Positions 29,355-38,152 of a stretch of DNA of 64,000 nucleotides are shown piece after piece (positions within the stretch are counted from its first letter, which is position 1; each line of letters opens with the position of its first letter). A program made the position numbers and the translations under genes. The stretch is from a virus (taxonomy: Duplodnaviria; Caudoviricetes). Under the pieces are notes generated by a model, which saw only the letters and a list, made by a program, of their open reading frames with translations, had not been told where the DNA came from and made no database searches. The stretch spans positions 72,535-136,534 of the IMG/VR virus record IMGVR_UViG_2811995030_000001; one strand, 5' to 3'.

Positions 29355-29747
29355 ATGAATAAGAAATGGTCTTTTATAATTGACAGAGAAGATTGGGGCA
29401 ATGGTTTATTTAGTACAAAAGAAGATGCAATTATAGCAGGGCATAATCTCAATAACTACACTGATAAAATAGAAAATCATGAAGAGATTACTCATTTTCT
29501 TGTTGGGCAAATTACAGAACCAGAAATTAATTTTCATGTTGAAGCAGTCTTAAAAACAGTAGATGAAAATTACTTTGATGAATATGGAGAAGATGTAGAC
29601 GGGTGGTATGAAGGAATCAGTGAGGAAGATGAGGAGATATTACAGAAGATGATGATGAAAACTTTTAAGGAATGGATAGAGAAAACAGATAATAAACCAC
29701 GCTTTCGTATAGTTGAAAATATTGAGGTTATATTTTTGAAAAAATAA
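29355..29747 (+). CDS. acidic hypothetical phage protein
   Basis: AAGGAG SD. Confidence 0.75.
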   Translation: MNKKWSFIIDREDWGNGLFSTKEDAIIAGHNLNNYTDKIENHEEITHFLVGQITEPEINFHVEAVLKTVDENYFDEYGEDVDGWYEGISEEDEEILQKMMMKTFKEWIEKTDNKPRFRIVENIEVIFLKK

Positions 29748-29768
29748 ATTAAAATGAGGGATGTCTAT

Positions 29769-29999
29769 ATGAAAAATACAATAGAAAAAGGTACTCATAT
29801 TAAAGTTAAACATATCCAATCAGGAGCAAGTCTAGAATATAGAGTGGTAATGGAGGTTGATGGTGAGACAAATTACTTTAGGCTCATAAATATAAGGTCG
29901 CTTCAAATTATGTCAAACTTTAAAACACTTAACCCTAATGAAGCATTGAATTATATCAAGAGTATGCTTAAGTGCAAAATTATTGAGGTTTCAAATTAA
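29769..29999 (+). CDS. hypothetical protein
   Basis: GAGGG SD before ATG 29769. Confidence 0.65.
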   Translation: MKNTIEKGTHIKVKHIQSGASLEYRVVMEVDGETNYFRLINIRSLQIMSNFKTLNPNEALNYIKSMLKCKIIEVSN

Positions 30000-30042
30000 T
30001 ACGAAAGCAATATTTTACTTTGTAAAATAAGGAGGAAATAAT

Positions 30043-30297
30043 GTGGAGAATAAATTAAAAGAAGTAAAAGAATTTCTGTTACAAGGAAAAGGCTATGATG
30101 TAAGCGATGTTGTAAATGATGCAACAGTAGAAACTTTTGATGAATTGTTTGAAGACTGGGATTTCTTCTCAGAAGACATTGATTTGAATTGGGGAGAAGA
30201 CAGCCTTACAAACTTAGATAAATTCTCTAAAGTTTTTTGTCAGAAAGTTATTAAACAAGTTTGTAGCATTATTGATTCCTTTGAGGAAAAGGAGTGA
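30043..30297 (+). CDS. highly acidic small protein
   Basis: AAGGAGG SD; D/E- and aromatic-rich core. Confidence 0.7.
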   Translation: MENKLKEVKEFLLQGKGYDVSDVVNDATVETFDELFEDWDFFSEDIDLNWGEDSLTNLDKFSKVFCQKVIKQVCSIIDSFEEKE

Positions 30298-30307
30298 TTG
30301 AATAGTA

Positions 30308-30586
30308 ATGAAAATCAGCATTAGGGCGCTAGATGGAGACATAAGTCAATATAAAGAGTTACTAGAAAAGAGCTTTGATTATGAAAGGCACTATAATGTC
30401 TATCATACAAAGTGGATTATGAGAACAGAGTATAAGCTTGATGAATTAAAGGATGTTGAAATTAACACAGTTAAAGAGCTATTTGATGCTTTTAAGGAGT
30501 TTGAAGGATATGCTTATGACGGCTGTCAGTTAGCAGTCAATATAGATGCGAATATTATTTATATATTCAATAGAAGTGTTGAATAA
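30308..30586 (+). CDS. hypothetical protein
   Basis: AAGGAGTGA SD. Confidence 0.65.
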   Translation: MKISIRALDGDISQYKELLEKSFDYERHYNVYHTKWIMRTEYKLDELKDVEINTVKELFDAFKEFEGYAYDGCQLAVNIDANIIYIFNRSVE

Positions 30587-30611
30587 ACTATTTTAAACAG
30601 GAGGTAATCAA

Positions 30612-30821
30612 ATGTTAGAAGAACGAAAAGATTTAAATTTTATGATTGGGAAAACAGTGGAGAAAGTATTTTCTAGAAAGAATTACGAGTTTATGACTAT
30701 TCAATTTACAGATGGTACTTTTGTGAATATTTACAATGTTGCAGATAAAGAAAGAGAACCTGAATGCATCAGCGCAAAAGTAGATTATGTTTTGACTGAA
30801 TCTCGTAAGAGTAATGGATAA
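30612..30821 (+). CDS. hypothetical protein
   Basis: AGGAGGT SD. Confidence 0.7.
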   Translation: MLEERKDLNFMIGKTVEKVFSRKNYEFMTIQFTDGTFVNIYNVADKEREPECISAKVDYVLTESRKSNG

Positions 30822-30867
30822 AATTAGCTTTTTATATTAAATAAAATCAATTATAGGAGTGATTATT

Positions 30868-31254
30868 ATGGGTATTAGAGACGTTGGAAGTATGGAGATG
30901 TTCCTTATAGATAATCAAACAGGAGAAACGACAAAGGTAGAAACATTAAATTGCAAAGTCGATGTAGCATCTGTAGGTGTTGAGAATAAAAATAGCCAAT
31001 TGATTAAAGATGGAGACTCCTTCTCGTTTCATAGTTCAGGAGGATGGAGTATGGGTTTACAGAATGTTGAGTTGGATGACAGTTGGGATAACTTAGTTAG
31101 AACGCATCCAAGATTTGATGCCACAGTATCAAGTATTCAATTACCAAAAGGTAAAACTAAAGTACCTAAGAAAAAACGTATTCAGAAGAAATGGAAAAAG
31201 CGTTATGGCAGAGAGGTTACATATAAAAATTGTGTATGGGGAGGAGATATATGA
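30868..31254 (+). CDS. hypothetical protein with basic C-terminal motif
   Basis: AGGAGTGA SD; KKKRIQKKWKKRYG. Confidence 0.7.
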   Translation: MGIRDVGSMEMFLIDNQTGETTKVETLNCKVDVASVGVENKNSQLIKDGDSFSFHSSGGWSMGLQNVELDDSWDNLVRTHPRFDATVSSIQLPKGKTKVPKKKRIQKKWKKRYGREVTYKNCVWGGDI

Positions 31255-31691
31255 AATATAAGGCTAGATTCCTATGCGACAAATATGAGGTGAAATATGC
31301 TATAAATCCTTATATGAAAGTATTTTATATAAAAGATGGAGAATGGAATTTAGCAAGATGTCATCATGGTGAAAGTTATCCTGTGGGATATAAAGCAACT
31401 CGTGTAATGGAGTATGAGAGATTTATGGGAGAAGAAGTATTTCATGAGGAAGAGCTTAAAAGCATTTTTGAAGTTGGTGATGTGGTTAAGTGTGGAGAAG
31501 ATGTTGTAGAAATACTTAAAGTAGTGAAGAATCTAGACGGTTCAATAGATTATTTCACAAATAAAGAGGAATCAAAGTACATAAATACACGAGAAACTTA
31601 TTTTAATGAAGTGTCTAGCAAAAGTGAGGAGAGTAATCAAAATACTTTCAGTATCATGAAATGGATCAAAGATAAGCTAAACAAATTATGA
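31251..31691 (+). CDS. hypothetical protein
   Basis: GGAGG SD; ATGA overlap. Confidence 0.7.
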   Translation: MKYKARFLCDKYEVKYAINPYMKVFYIKDGEWNLARCHHGESYPVGYKATRVMEYERFMGEEVFHEEELKSIFEVGDVVKCGEDVVEILKVVKNLDGSIDYFTNKEESKYINTRETYFNEVSSKSEESNQNTFSIMKWIKDKLNKL

Positions 31692-31702
31692 GGAGTGGTA
31701 AT

Positions 31703-31963
31703 ATGAAACTTAAAGTCAAAGAAAACAAAGAAGGAAAACTACCTGTTTTTGAATGTGGAGATATTATTACAATGGGAACTACATCATATATTATAATTTC
31801 CACTAAAGATGGTTTTATTGCGAAAAATCTAGATAATGGACTAGGCGGAGCCACAGGTTATCACAAAACTTTAGAAGAGCTTATAAATTCAATTAATAAA
31901 TATGAACACAAACATTACAGCAAGGATTCATATGAACTTGTTTTGCAACAAAAAGAAAACTAA
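31703..31963 (+). CDS. hypothetical protein
   Basis: GAGGAG SD before ATG 31703. Confidence 0.65.
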   Translation: MKLKVKENKEGKLPVFECGDIITMGTTSYIIISTKDGFIAKNLDNGLGGATGYHKTLEELINSINKYEHKHYSKDSYELVLQQKEN

Positions 31964-31998
31964 ATAAAATATTACATTTACATAGAGGAGAGGATAAT

Positions 31999-32208
31999 AT
32001 GGAGAAAAGTTTTCTAGATTTCTATTTAGTTGTAGGGACATATGAGAAAGATGGTCAGGATCATGAGTATAAACAAAGCGTTCATTTGGAATATGAGAAA
32101 GCATACACACAGTTTATGGCTAATAATATGTCTGGTGTGGGAACAGGTCAAATTAAATGGAGAATAGATAGATATAAAGGAGAATGTAGAGAAACAGTAA
32201 ATGATTAA
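31999..32208 (+). CDS. hypothetical protein
   Basis: GGAGAGG SD. Confidence 0.65.
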   Translation: MEKSFLDFYLVVGTYEKDGQDHEYKQSVHLEYEKAYTQFMANNMSGVGTGQIKWRIDRYKGECRETVND

Positions 32209-32447
32209 ATCTATAAAAAATTTCCCTTTTAAATAGATAAGGAGCGTGAAAGTATGATTAAGGAAGAAATGTGGAGAGACTACGAAGAGTTAAATGAGTT
32301 AAGTAATGAGTTTCATAGTAAGGTTTATGAGTATATTAATGTATATGGACTAGACGACAAAACTAAACAAATTTTAATCGGAAAGAAAATGTGGCTAGAG
32401 ATGATTTTAGAGAAGAATTAATTTAAAGTTTCTTATGGAGGGATTGA

Positions 32448-32804
32448 ATGGAAAAAATACAGTCACACGAAATTAAAGATATTTGGCGAGTACAAGATGG
32501 ATTATTGGTAGAGATATATAAATATGATTCTCTGGGTTATCACATACATAGTGACAAAATCAAAGCGAAAATTATAAGGGGCTGTAAAGGACTAAAAGAA
32601 TTGAAAGAGGATTATACAGATAGTTGGGAAAAGAAAACGTATCCTAAAGGAACACTTTTATATCATGGTCAACCTGTTAGAGCTATTTCTGATAGAAATA
32701 AATTTAAAGCTGAAATAAAATCAAGTGGTGGCTCTGTATTGGGGAGTATTACAGAGATTAATAAGGTGCTAGAAGATATTGAACATATATTAAATCAATA
32801 TTGA
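32448..32804 (+). CDS. hypothetical protein
   Basis: GGAGG SD. Confidence 0.7.
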   Translation: MEKIQSHEIKDIWRVQDGLLVEIYKYDSLGYHIHSDKIKAKIIRGCKGLKELKEDYTDSWEKKTYPKGTLLYHGQPVRAISDRNKFKAEIKSSGGSVLGSITEINKVLEDIEHILNQY

Positions 32805-32840
32805 TAAAATTCTCAGTTTACTTAGAAAAGGAGTGGTTAA

Positions 32841-33071
32841 ATGGTGAAAATATTTAAGGTAGGTATGTACATTATGGATGTAAATGAGGATATTGATGAT
32901 ATTAATGGAGTTAGACGTTTATTAGGGCAGATTAGTGAACGGTTCGACGTTGATTTTAAGACTGCCACTATAAAGGAATCTGAAGAGTTTGAGTGGGATG
33001 ATGATCTTAAGATTAATAGAGTAGATGCAACGATAGCAGATTATGAAGAGTATTTTAAAAAAGAGGAGTGA
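32841..33071 (+). CDS. acidic hypothetical protein
   Basis: AAAGGAG SD. Confidence 0.7.
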   Translation: MVKIFKVGMYIMDVNEDIDDINGVRRLLGQISERFDVDFKTATIKESEEFEWDDDLKINRVDATIADYEEYFKKEE

Positions 33072-33246
33072 TTAAATGGAGAAAGAATTGAAAGAACTAA
33101 AAGAACTTGCAGCATTAGCTTATATGAATTGGCTTAAAAGTGAGGATGTTGTTGGCTCAATGATTAAACTAAGAAAAGAGCTGGTGAGACAAGGAGTAGA
33201 TGTGAGCGCTGTTTATGAGGAGTATTGTATGAAGGAGAAAAATTAA

Positions 33247-33444
33247 ATGGTTGACTTTCCTAGTGCTAGAATTAGATTCGATGAGATAAGGGATAAAGGA
33301 ACATACATAATGTTTGTAAACGGTAAACGGTATGGATCAGGAGACTTAGTACGTATAAGGGAATTGATTTCAAACTATATTTTAATTCATCAAATACATA
33401 ATAAAGAAGACGTTAGTTTTAGAATTGTGAGAGGAGAGAAGTAA
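33247..33444 (+). CDS. hypothetical protein
   Basis: AAGGAG SD. Confidence 0.65.
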   Translation: MVDFPSARIRFDEIRDKGTYIMFVNGKRYGSGDLVRIRELISNYILIHQIHNKEDVSFRIVRGEK

Positions 33445-33657
33445 ATGGAGACTCCTAAATATAACGTAGGTGAGAAGTTTTACTATCTTGAGCATGCTTC
33501 AGGTGTAATTTGCGTAACTGTAATTGGAGTAGCTCCAGAGCCTGATTCAGACAACAAGATTATCTATTTTACTAAGCATGAGTATGAATTTGAAGGCAAG
33601 AAATATATTGATTTTGTAACTGAAGAGGAAAGTTTTCTTAATGACTGTAGAAAATGA
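33445..33657 (+). CDS. hypothetical protein
   Basis: GAGGAG SD. Confidence 0.65.
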   Translation: METPKYNVGEKFYYLEHASGVICVTVIGVAPEPDSDNKIIYFTKHEYEFEGKKYIDFVTEEESFLNDCRK

Positions 33658-33918
33658 ATATACTAAGGGAGAGATTTAAATGAAGATAGCTAATATTGCA
33701 CAGATTATTCTTGTAACTTATTTACTGATCGCAACTTTAAGTGAAGGTTTGCCTGTAGTTAATGTTTTAGCAGTTACATTCATGCTTTCTGCACCACTAC
33801 TTATTGCTAATCTTGAATTTTCATATAGAACTCGTAACAAGAAATAATTCTGCACGAAACAAGAGATTTACACAGATTTAAATAATACATAATAAATCAA
33901 ATAAAATACAAATACGAG

Positions 33919-34092
33919 GTGATTATTATAATTGGATACATAAGATATGTCTATAATTTAACATGGAGTAATTGGTATTGGAAGGTTTGGCTGGGGTCAG
34001 ATATTGACTTATTTGATAACTGTAGTTGGAAAGTATATAAGAGCACTCTTACAGAATCTACATCTCCTAAATCAGGACAATCTAAACAATAA
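33919..34092 (+). CDS. small Trp-rich protein; intact paralog of the tnpB2 guide-region remnant
   Basis: Translates IIIIGYIRYVYNLTWSNWYWKVWLGSDIDLFDNCSWKVYKSTL...; GAGGTGA SD suggests an ATT start at 33931; homologous to 36101-36244. Confidence 0.7.
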   Translation: MIIIIGYIRYVYNLTWSNWYWKVWLGSDIDLFDNCSWKVYKSTLTESTSPKSGQSKQ

Positions 34093-34125
34093 AGAAGGGG
34101 AGGTGGGTGCATCAAGGAAAATGGA

Positions 34126-34329
34126 CTACTCTCTTTGATTCCACCCAAGCAATTCGTTAGGTGTACATTCTAATGCTGTACAAATACGTTCCATAATCTC
34201 AAATTTAATAGAAGCTGTTTTTCTGTCAGCTAGATTACACAAGTTTGGATACGTAATTCTTACTTCTTTAGCTAACCAGTAACGTGTTCTATCTTTTTCT
34301 TTAAGTAAATCATCGATCATTATTTTCAT
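34126..34329 (-). CDS. Cro/C1-type HTH regulator (HTH_26-like), divergent from tnpB2
   Basis: TRYWLAKEVRITYPNLCNLA..KTASIKFEIMERICTALECTPNELL; GAGGTGA SD. Confidence 0.85.
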   Translation of the reverse strand: MKIMIDDLLKEKDRTRYWLAKEVRITYPNLCNLADRKTASIKFEIMERICTALECTPNELLGWNQRE

Positions 34330-34463
34330 ATTTTATCACCTCTCTATATATTATAAGTAATATACAAATCTTTTTCAATATATACTGTTGATAATACATA
34401 CTGTCTACTGTAATATAAGTGTATGGAGATGAATACAAGTGAATCAGATCGGTGGTGAGAAGA

Positions 34464-35924
34464 ATGGGTGAAGTTAAGAAATCAACATTTATTTTACAGT
34501 TGCCATTACATACTACAAATTCAGATGTTGCTGCATTAAATAAATATTTTGAACTATCCCGTAAGTTATATAATGTTTTACTTAATGAATCATTGAAGAG
34601 ATTAAATCTAATGAGACAGTCCAAACAATATCAATTAATTAAGAAGCTAGATAAGAAAGAGCAAACTAAAGCATACAGGAAAGCTAGAGAAGATTTTAGA
34701 TTTACAAAATATGATTTAATTAAGTTCTCCACTCCCTTAAGAATAAATGAATTTAAACAGGTTGATTCTAGCACAGTTCAAAAACTTGCTCAACGCGCCT
34801 TTTTATCAGTAGAGAGAATGTTTTATGGGAAGGCTAAGCGAGTTAATTTTAAGTGTAAGGGCGAAATGGATTCAGTTGAAGGATCAAGTAATAGACAAGG
34901 AATTAAATATCGTGATGGGTATCTACAATGGAACAAACTAAATATCAAGGTGAAGATTAAAGAATGTGATTATTATGCACATGAGGCATTAACAAATAAG
35001 ATTAAATATTGTCGTATTGTTAGAAAGTTAATTAGAGGTAAAATTAGATTCTTTATACACTTAGTCCTAGAAGGAATCCCGCCTAGAAAAATTGATAATA
35101 AAACAGGGATGTTTAAAGGTAGACACGGGGAGGGAAAGGTAGGAATTGATATTGGCACACAAACTATTGCCATTGTAAGTAAGAATGAGACAAAATTATT
35201 AGAATTGGCACCAGAAGTTAACAGCATTCATAAACAAATGAGAGTTATTCAACGCAAGATGAACAGAAGTAAATGCATGATGAATCCACATAAATTCAAC
35301 GAAGACGGAACAATTAAAAGGAGAAATGGAGAAAAATGGATATGGAGTAAGAACTACTTAAAATTACGTTATCAATTAGCTGAGTTGCAACGTAAACAAG
35401 CTGATATTAGAAAACAGTCACACTATCGACTAGCCAATTGGATTATAAGTCTAGGTGACAGATTCTATGTCGAACAAATGAACTATAAAGGACTACAGAA
35501 AAGAACAAAGGAAACAATAATTAATGAAAAAACAGGTAGATACAATAAGAAGAAACGATTTGGAAAATCCTTAGCAAATAAAGCGCCCGCAATGATACTG
35601 ACGTTGCTAAAGCAGAAGTTAGGGTATTGGGAATTGGAATTAAACAAGATTGATACATTTAATTTTAAAGCAAGCCAATATAATCACTTTACAGATGACT
35701 ACACAAAGAAAAGTTTATCAGCTAGATGGAATGAATTTGAATGTGGAAAAATACAGCGTGATCTTTATTCTGCTTATTTAATTATGAATAGTAGAGATGA
35801 TTTAAAAAATACTGATAGAGCATTATGTATAAGTAGTTGGAATAATTTTAAACAGTTACATGATATTGAAGTTGAACGATTAAAAAACTGTGGAAATAAA
35901 TTAATTGGTAGTATGGGTTTATAA
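34464..35924 (+). CDS. tnpB: TnpB-family RNA-guided endonuclease (copy 2)
   Basis: RuvC-I VGIDIG, RuvC-II FYVEQM, RuvC-III QRDLYSA; long blocks identical to copy 1. Confidence 0.88.
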   Translation: MGEVKKSTFILQLPLHTTNSDVAALNKYFELSRKLYNVLLNESLKRLNLMRQSKQYQLIKKLDKKEQTKAYRKAREDFRFTKYDLIKFSTPLRINEFKQVDSSTVQKLAQRAFLSVERMFYGKAKRVNFKCKGEMDSVEGSSNRQGIKYRDGYLQWNKLNIKVKIKECDYYAHEALTNKIKYCRIVRKLIRGKIRFFIHLVLEGIPPRKIDNKTGMFKGRHGEGKVGIDIGTQTIAIVSKNETKLLELAPEVNSIHKQMRVIQRKMNRSKCMMNPHKFNEDGTIKRRNGEKWIWSKNYLKLRYQLAELQRKQADIRKQSHYRLANWIISLGDRFYVEQMNYKGLQKRTKETIINEKTGRYNKKKRFGKSLANKAPAMILTLLKQKLGYWELELNKIDTFNFKASQYNHFTDDYTKKSLSARWNEFECGKIQRDLYSAYLIMNSRDDLKNTDRALCISSWNNFKQLHDIEVERLKNCGNKLIGSMGL

Positions 35925-35935
35925 TTTAAATTAAT

Positions 35936-36120
35936 GGTTTTGAATCGAGCCTACAGGATGCTAATGGATTCAATGGAGTCCTTGTCCATGAAAGTCTCAG
36001 GATACTATCTTCAATAGCTATGATGTGTACCGAAAGGGAGAGCATAGATACGAATTTAGAGAATGAGAACCTGCCATGTGAGTATGGAGAACGTGTGCAG
36101 AGATTCAGAAGGTACGTTTA
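35936..36120 (+). ncRNA. putative omegaRNA (scaffold 35936-36100 plus guide from 36101)
   Basis: Conserved blocks shared with 15630-15799; ends GTGTGCAG. Confidence 0.75.
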
Positions 36121-36244
36121 TAGATTAGCGAGTTTCAATTTACACTATAAGACTTGGATGGGATCAGATATTGGATTGTTCGATAACTGTAGCTGGAAGG
36201 CTTATAAGCGCTCATTAGAGGAGGAGAAGCGTCATGAACTATGA
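36101..36244 (+). pseudogene. start-less second allele of the 33919-34092 gene, beginning at the omegaRNA scaffold end
   Basis: RFRRYVYRLASFNLHYKTWMGSDIGLFDNCSWKAYKRSL aligns without gaps to the upstream ORF (23 of 39 residues identical by hand count). Confidence 0.7.
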
Positions 36245-36449
36245 TAACCTCATAATCGGTAAGCGTTGCGAGGTGTATGCGGATTTTCTTGTTAAGGTAA
36301 GAAAAAGAAGAATGACTAAGCAAGGTACTATAAGAGGATTCTACGTAAATGAGCATTGGCATCCATATACATATAGAGCTTTTCATATTGAATTTGATGA
36401 TGGAACTAAAGATACTTTTAAAGCGCAGGATGTAAAGATTACTGGTTAA
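36234..36449 (+). CDS. hypothetical protein
   Basis: GAGGAGG SD. Confidence 0.7.
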   Translation: MNYDNLIIGKRCEVYADFLVKVRKRRMTKQGTIRGFYVNEHWHPYTYRAFHIEFDDGTKDTFKAQDVKITG

Positions 36450-36730
36450 TACATATTTGTGGAAAATGATGATTTTAGAGAGAATATTAAAGGAGGAGTA
36501 GCCCATGTGGTGGATTATTGGATACATATTATCGTTGATATATGCTTATTTTGGAGTCAGAACGATGCTTATTGCAGAGAAACAAGATGCATGAATTGGA
36601 CATATCGTCTTCATACTGATTCCATTTCTTAATATCGTATGGGGAACAATGGCATTTATAGTTGCTGTGTGGGAAAAGTATGAAGGAACGAAAATTCTTA
36701 ATAAATTCTTTAGGCTGAAAAGGTGAGTAT

Positions 36731-36919
36731 ATGAAGGGATTAGATGAGCATTACAAGTTTACTATGGATTGGTTATTACAAGATGGCCGCAGGTATGGTC
36801 GTATAATATGTAATGATAAGAAGGAGCTTAAACAAGGACAGGAGTATTATACACAACGTATGAAAGAAGATGGTGTGTATGATGATCTATACCATTATAT
36901 TGAATGGAAAATAAAATAA
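36731..36919 (+). CDS. hypothetical protein
   Basis: AAGGTGA SD. Confidence 0.65.
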   Translation: MKGLDEHYKFTMDWLLQDGRRYGRIICNDKKELKQGQEYYTQRMKEDGVYDDLYHYIEWKIK

Positions 36920-36949
36920 TAAATTAACAAAAATAAATTACAAAAAGTA

Positions 36950-36978
36950 TTGACGGTTAAAATTCAGCATGATATATT
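36950..36978 (+). promoter_or_regulatory. sigmaA-type promoter
   Basis: TTGACG-17-TATATT with extended TG; AAAATAAATTACA upstream. Confidence 0.7.
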
Positions 36979-37042
36979 AGATACAGAGATAAGGAACAGC
37001 AAGAAAAAACAACGAAGTAAATAAAATAAGATACATAAGGGT

Positions 37043-37267
37043 GTGATAGTGATAGGAGATAAAAAGTTTATTGAAGCTGTTACTGAAGAATTAATGGATA
37101 CATATAGATTTACTTATCAAGAAGCAACAAAGATGATTAATGAGTATTCAGTGATAAAAGATTTATTAAAAAGTGATCCAGAATTTGTTTATCATTACCA
37201 TCCACTATATTGGGCAAATCACACATTTGAATCTTACTCATCTTGTAAGAATAAAAGTTTAGATTAA
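37043..37267 (+). CDS. hypothetical protein
   Basis: ORF directly after the promoter. Confidence 0.6.
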   Translation: MIVIGDKKFIEAVTEELMDTYRFTYQEATKMINEYSVIKDLLKSDPEFVYHYHPLYWANHTFESYSSCKNKSLD

Positions 37268-37542
37268 ATAATAATAAAGAGGTGATAAATTGAAAAAGCT
37301 CTTTAAGCGTAAACAATGTAAGCAATGTGGAGAGCAACTAAGATTATTTGATAAAACTAACTTCTGTGATTATAACTGTTATAAAATATATGAAAGAAAT
37401 AAAAAGGAATATGAAGAAGTAAAGAGAAGACTTAGTAAAACATGATTATATAAAATACTTATTTTACGTAAATTTCAACTTAGAAAAACGGAGTAAATGG
37501 AAGAAAAACAGAGAATAAGAGAGCTTTATTTTACACGATTGT

Positions 37543-37672
37543 GTAACTAGGGTTTGTACTTCCTAGGGAGGGATTAGTTACCCCTTCAAACCACATCCTA
37601 TCTATGAGTTAGGCCTTGATGGTCGGGCAATAAAGAATAGTAGTAGTGACACTATTCTCCGCCTAGGAGGTA
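37543..37672. ncRNA. candidate structured RNA of unknown class
   Basis: GC-richer intergenic segment with several complementary blocks (see findings). Confidence 0.4.
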
Positions 37673-37709
37673 TAAGAAAAAAATATATCAAATAAAATAA
37701 AATACATTG

Positions 37710-37738
37710 TTGACAAATTAAAAGAATGATAGTAACAT
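37710..37738 (+). promoter_or_regulatory. sigmaA-type promoter upstream of the replication region
   Basis: TTGACA-17-TAACAT; upstream AAATATATCAAATAAAATAAAATACAT nearly identical to 11288-11314. Confidence 0.65.
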
Positions 37739-37750
37739 TAAGACATAGCT

Positions 37751-38125
37751 TTGAAGGAGGTGAGAAGCATCTTATCAGATCGAGCTAAAGCAAGAGAAAG
37801 TCAAATACATAATGAGTTAGGTCAGTTGAAAGAACATTTAAAAAGAGAAGATTTAACACCTGAAGCAAAAATAATGATTAATGAAAGACAACAAGAATTA
37901 CTTGGTGAGTTAAATAGGTTAATGTTTTCTCCAACAAGAAGTGATCGAATTAAAGAGTTAGAAGATACATTTGATAAAAATGAAGCAAGACTAACTGAAA
38001 TTGATAAGCAGCTTAGTGAAGAAAAACCTTTCACAGATAAGTTTACCAAACTTCATGAAGAAAAGCACAACTTATTAAGACAGCAGAAGTGGATTCCAGT
38101 CAGCATTGAATCATTAATAAAATAA
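37751..38125 (+). CDS. coiled-coil hypothetical protein
   Basis: ORF; the SD position favours an ATC start at 37769. Confidence 0.7.
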   Translation: MKEVRSILSDRAKARESQIHNELGQLKEHLKREDLTPEAKIMINERQQELLGELNRLMFSPTRSDRIKELEDTFDKNEARLTEIDKQLSEEKPFTDKFTKLHEEKHNLLRQQKWIPVSIESLIK

Positions 38126-38152
38126 AATATATTATAAAAGGAGATTGATAAT

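Noticed and set aside
14174-35924. Nuclease-dead TnpB-derived repressors (TldR)
   Set aside because: All three RuvC acidic residues (GID, VE, RD) are present in both copies.
36020-36100. N-terminal half of ORF 36020-36244 as real coding sequence
   Set aside because: It lies inside the omegaRNA scaffold and has no SD; homology to the upstream gene begins only at 36101.
14174-36120. Cas12-type CRISPR effectors with arrays
   Set aside because: No repeat-spacer array near either gene or anywhere in the window; each is followed by a single omegaRNA-like scaffold.
37543-37672. tRNA or hammerhead ribozyme
   Set aside because: No T-loop GTTC/CCA geometry and no CUGAUGA/GAAA core; kept only as an unassigned structured RNA.
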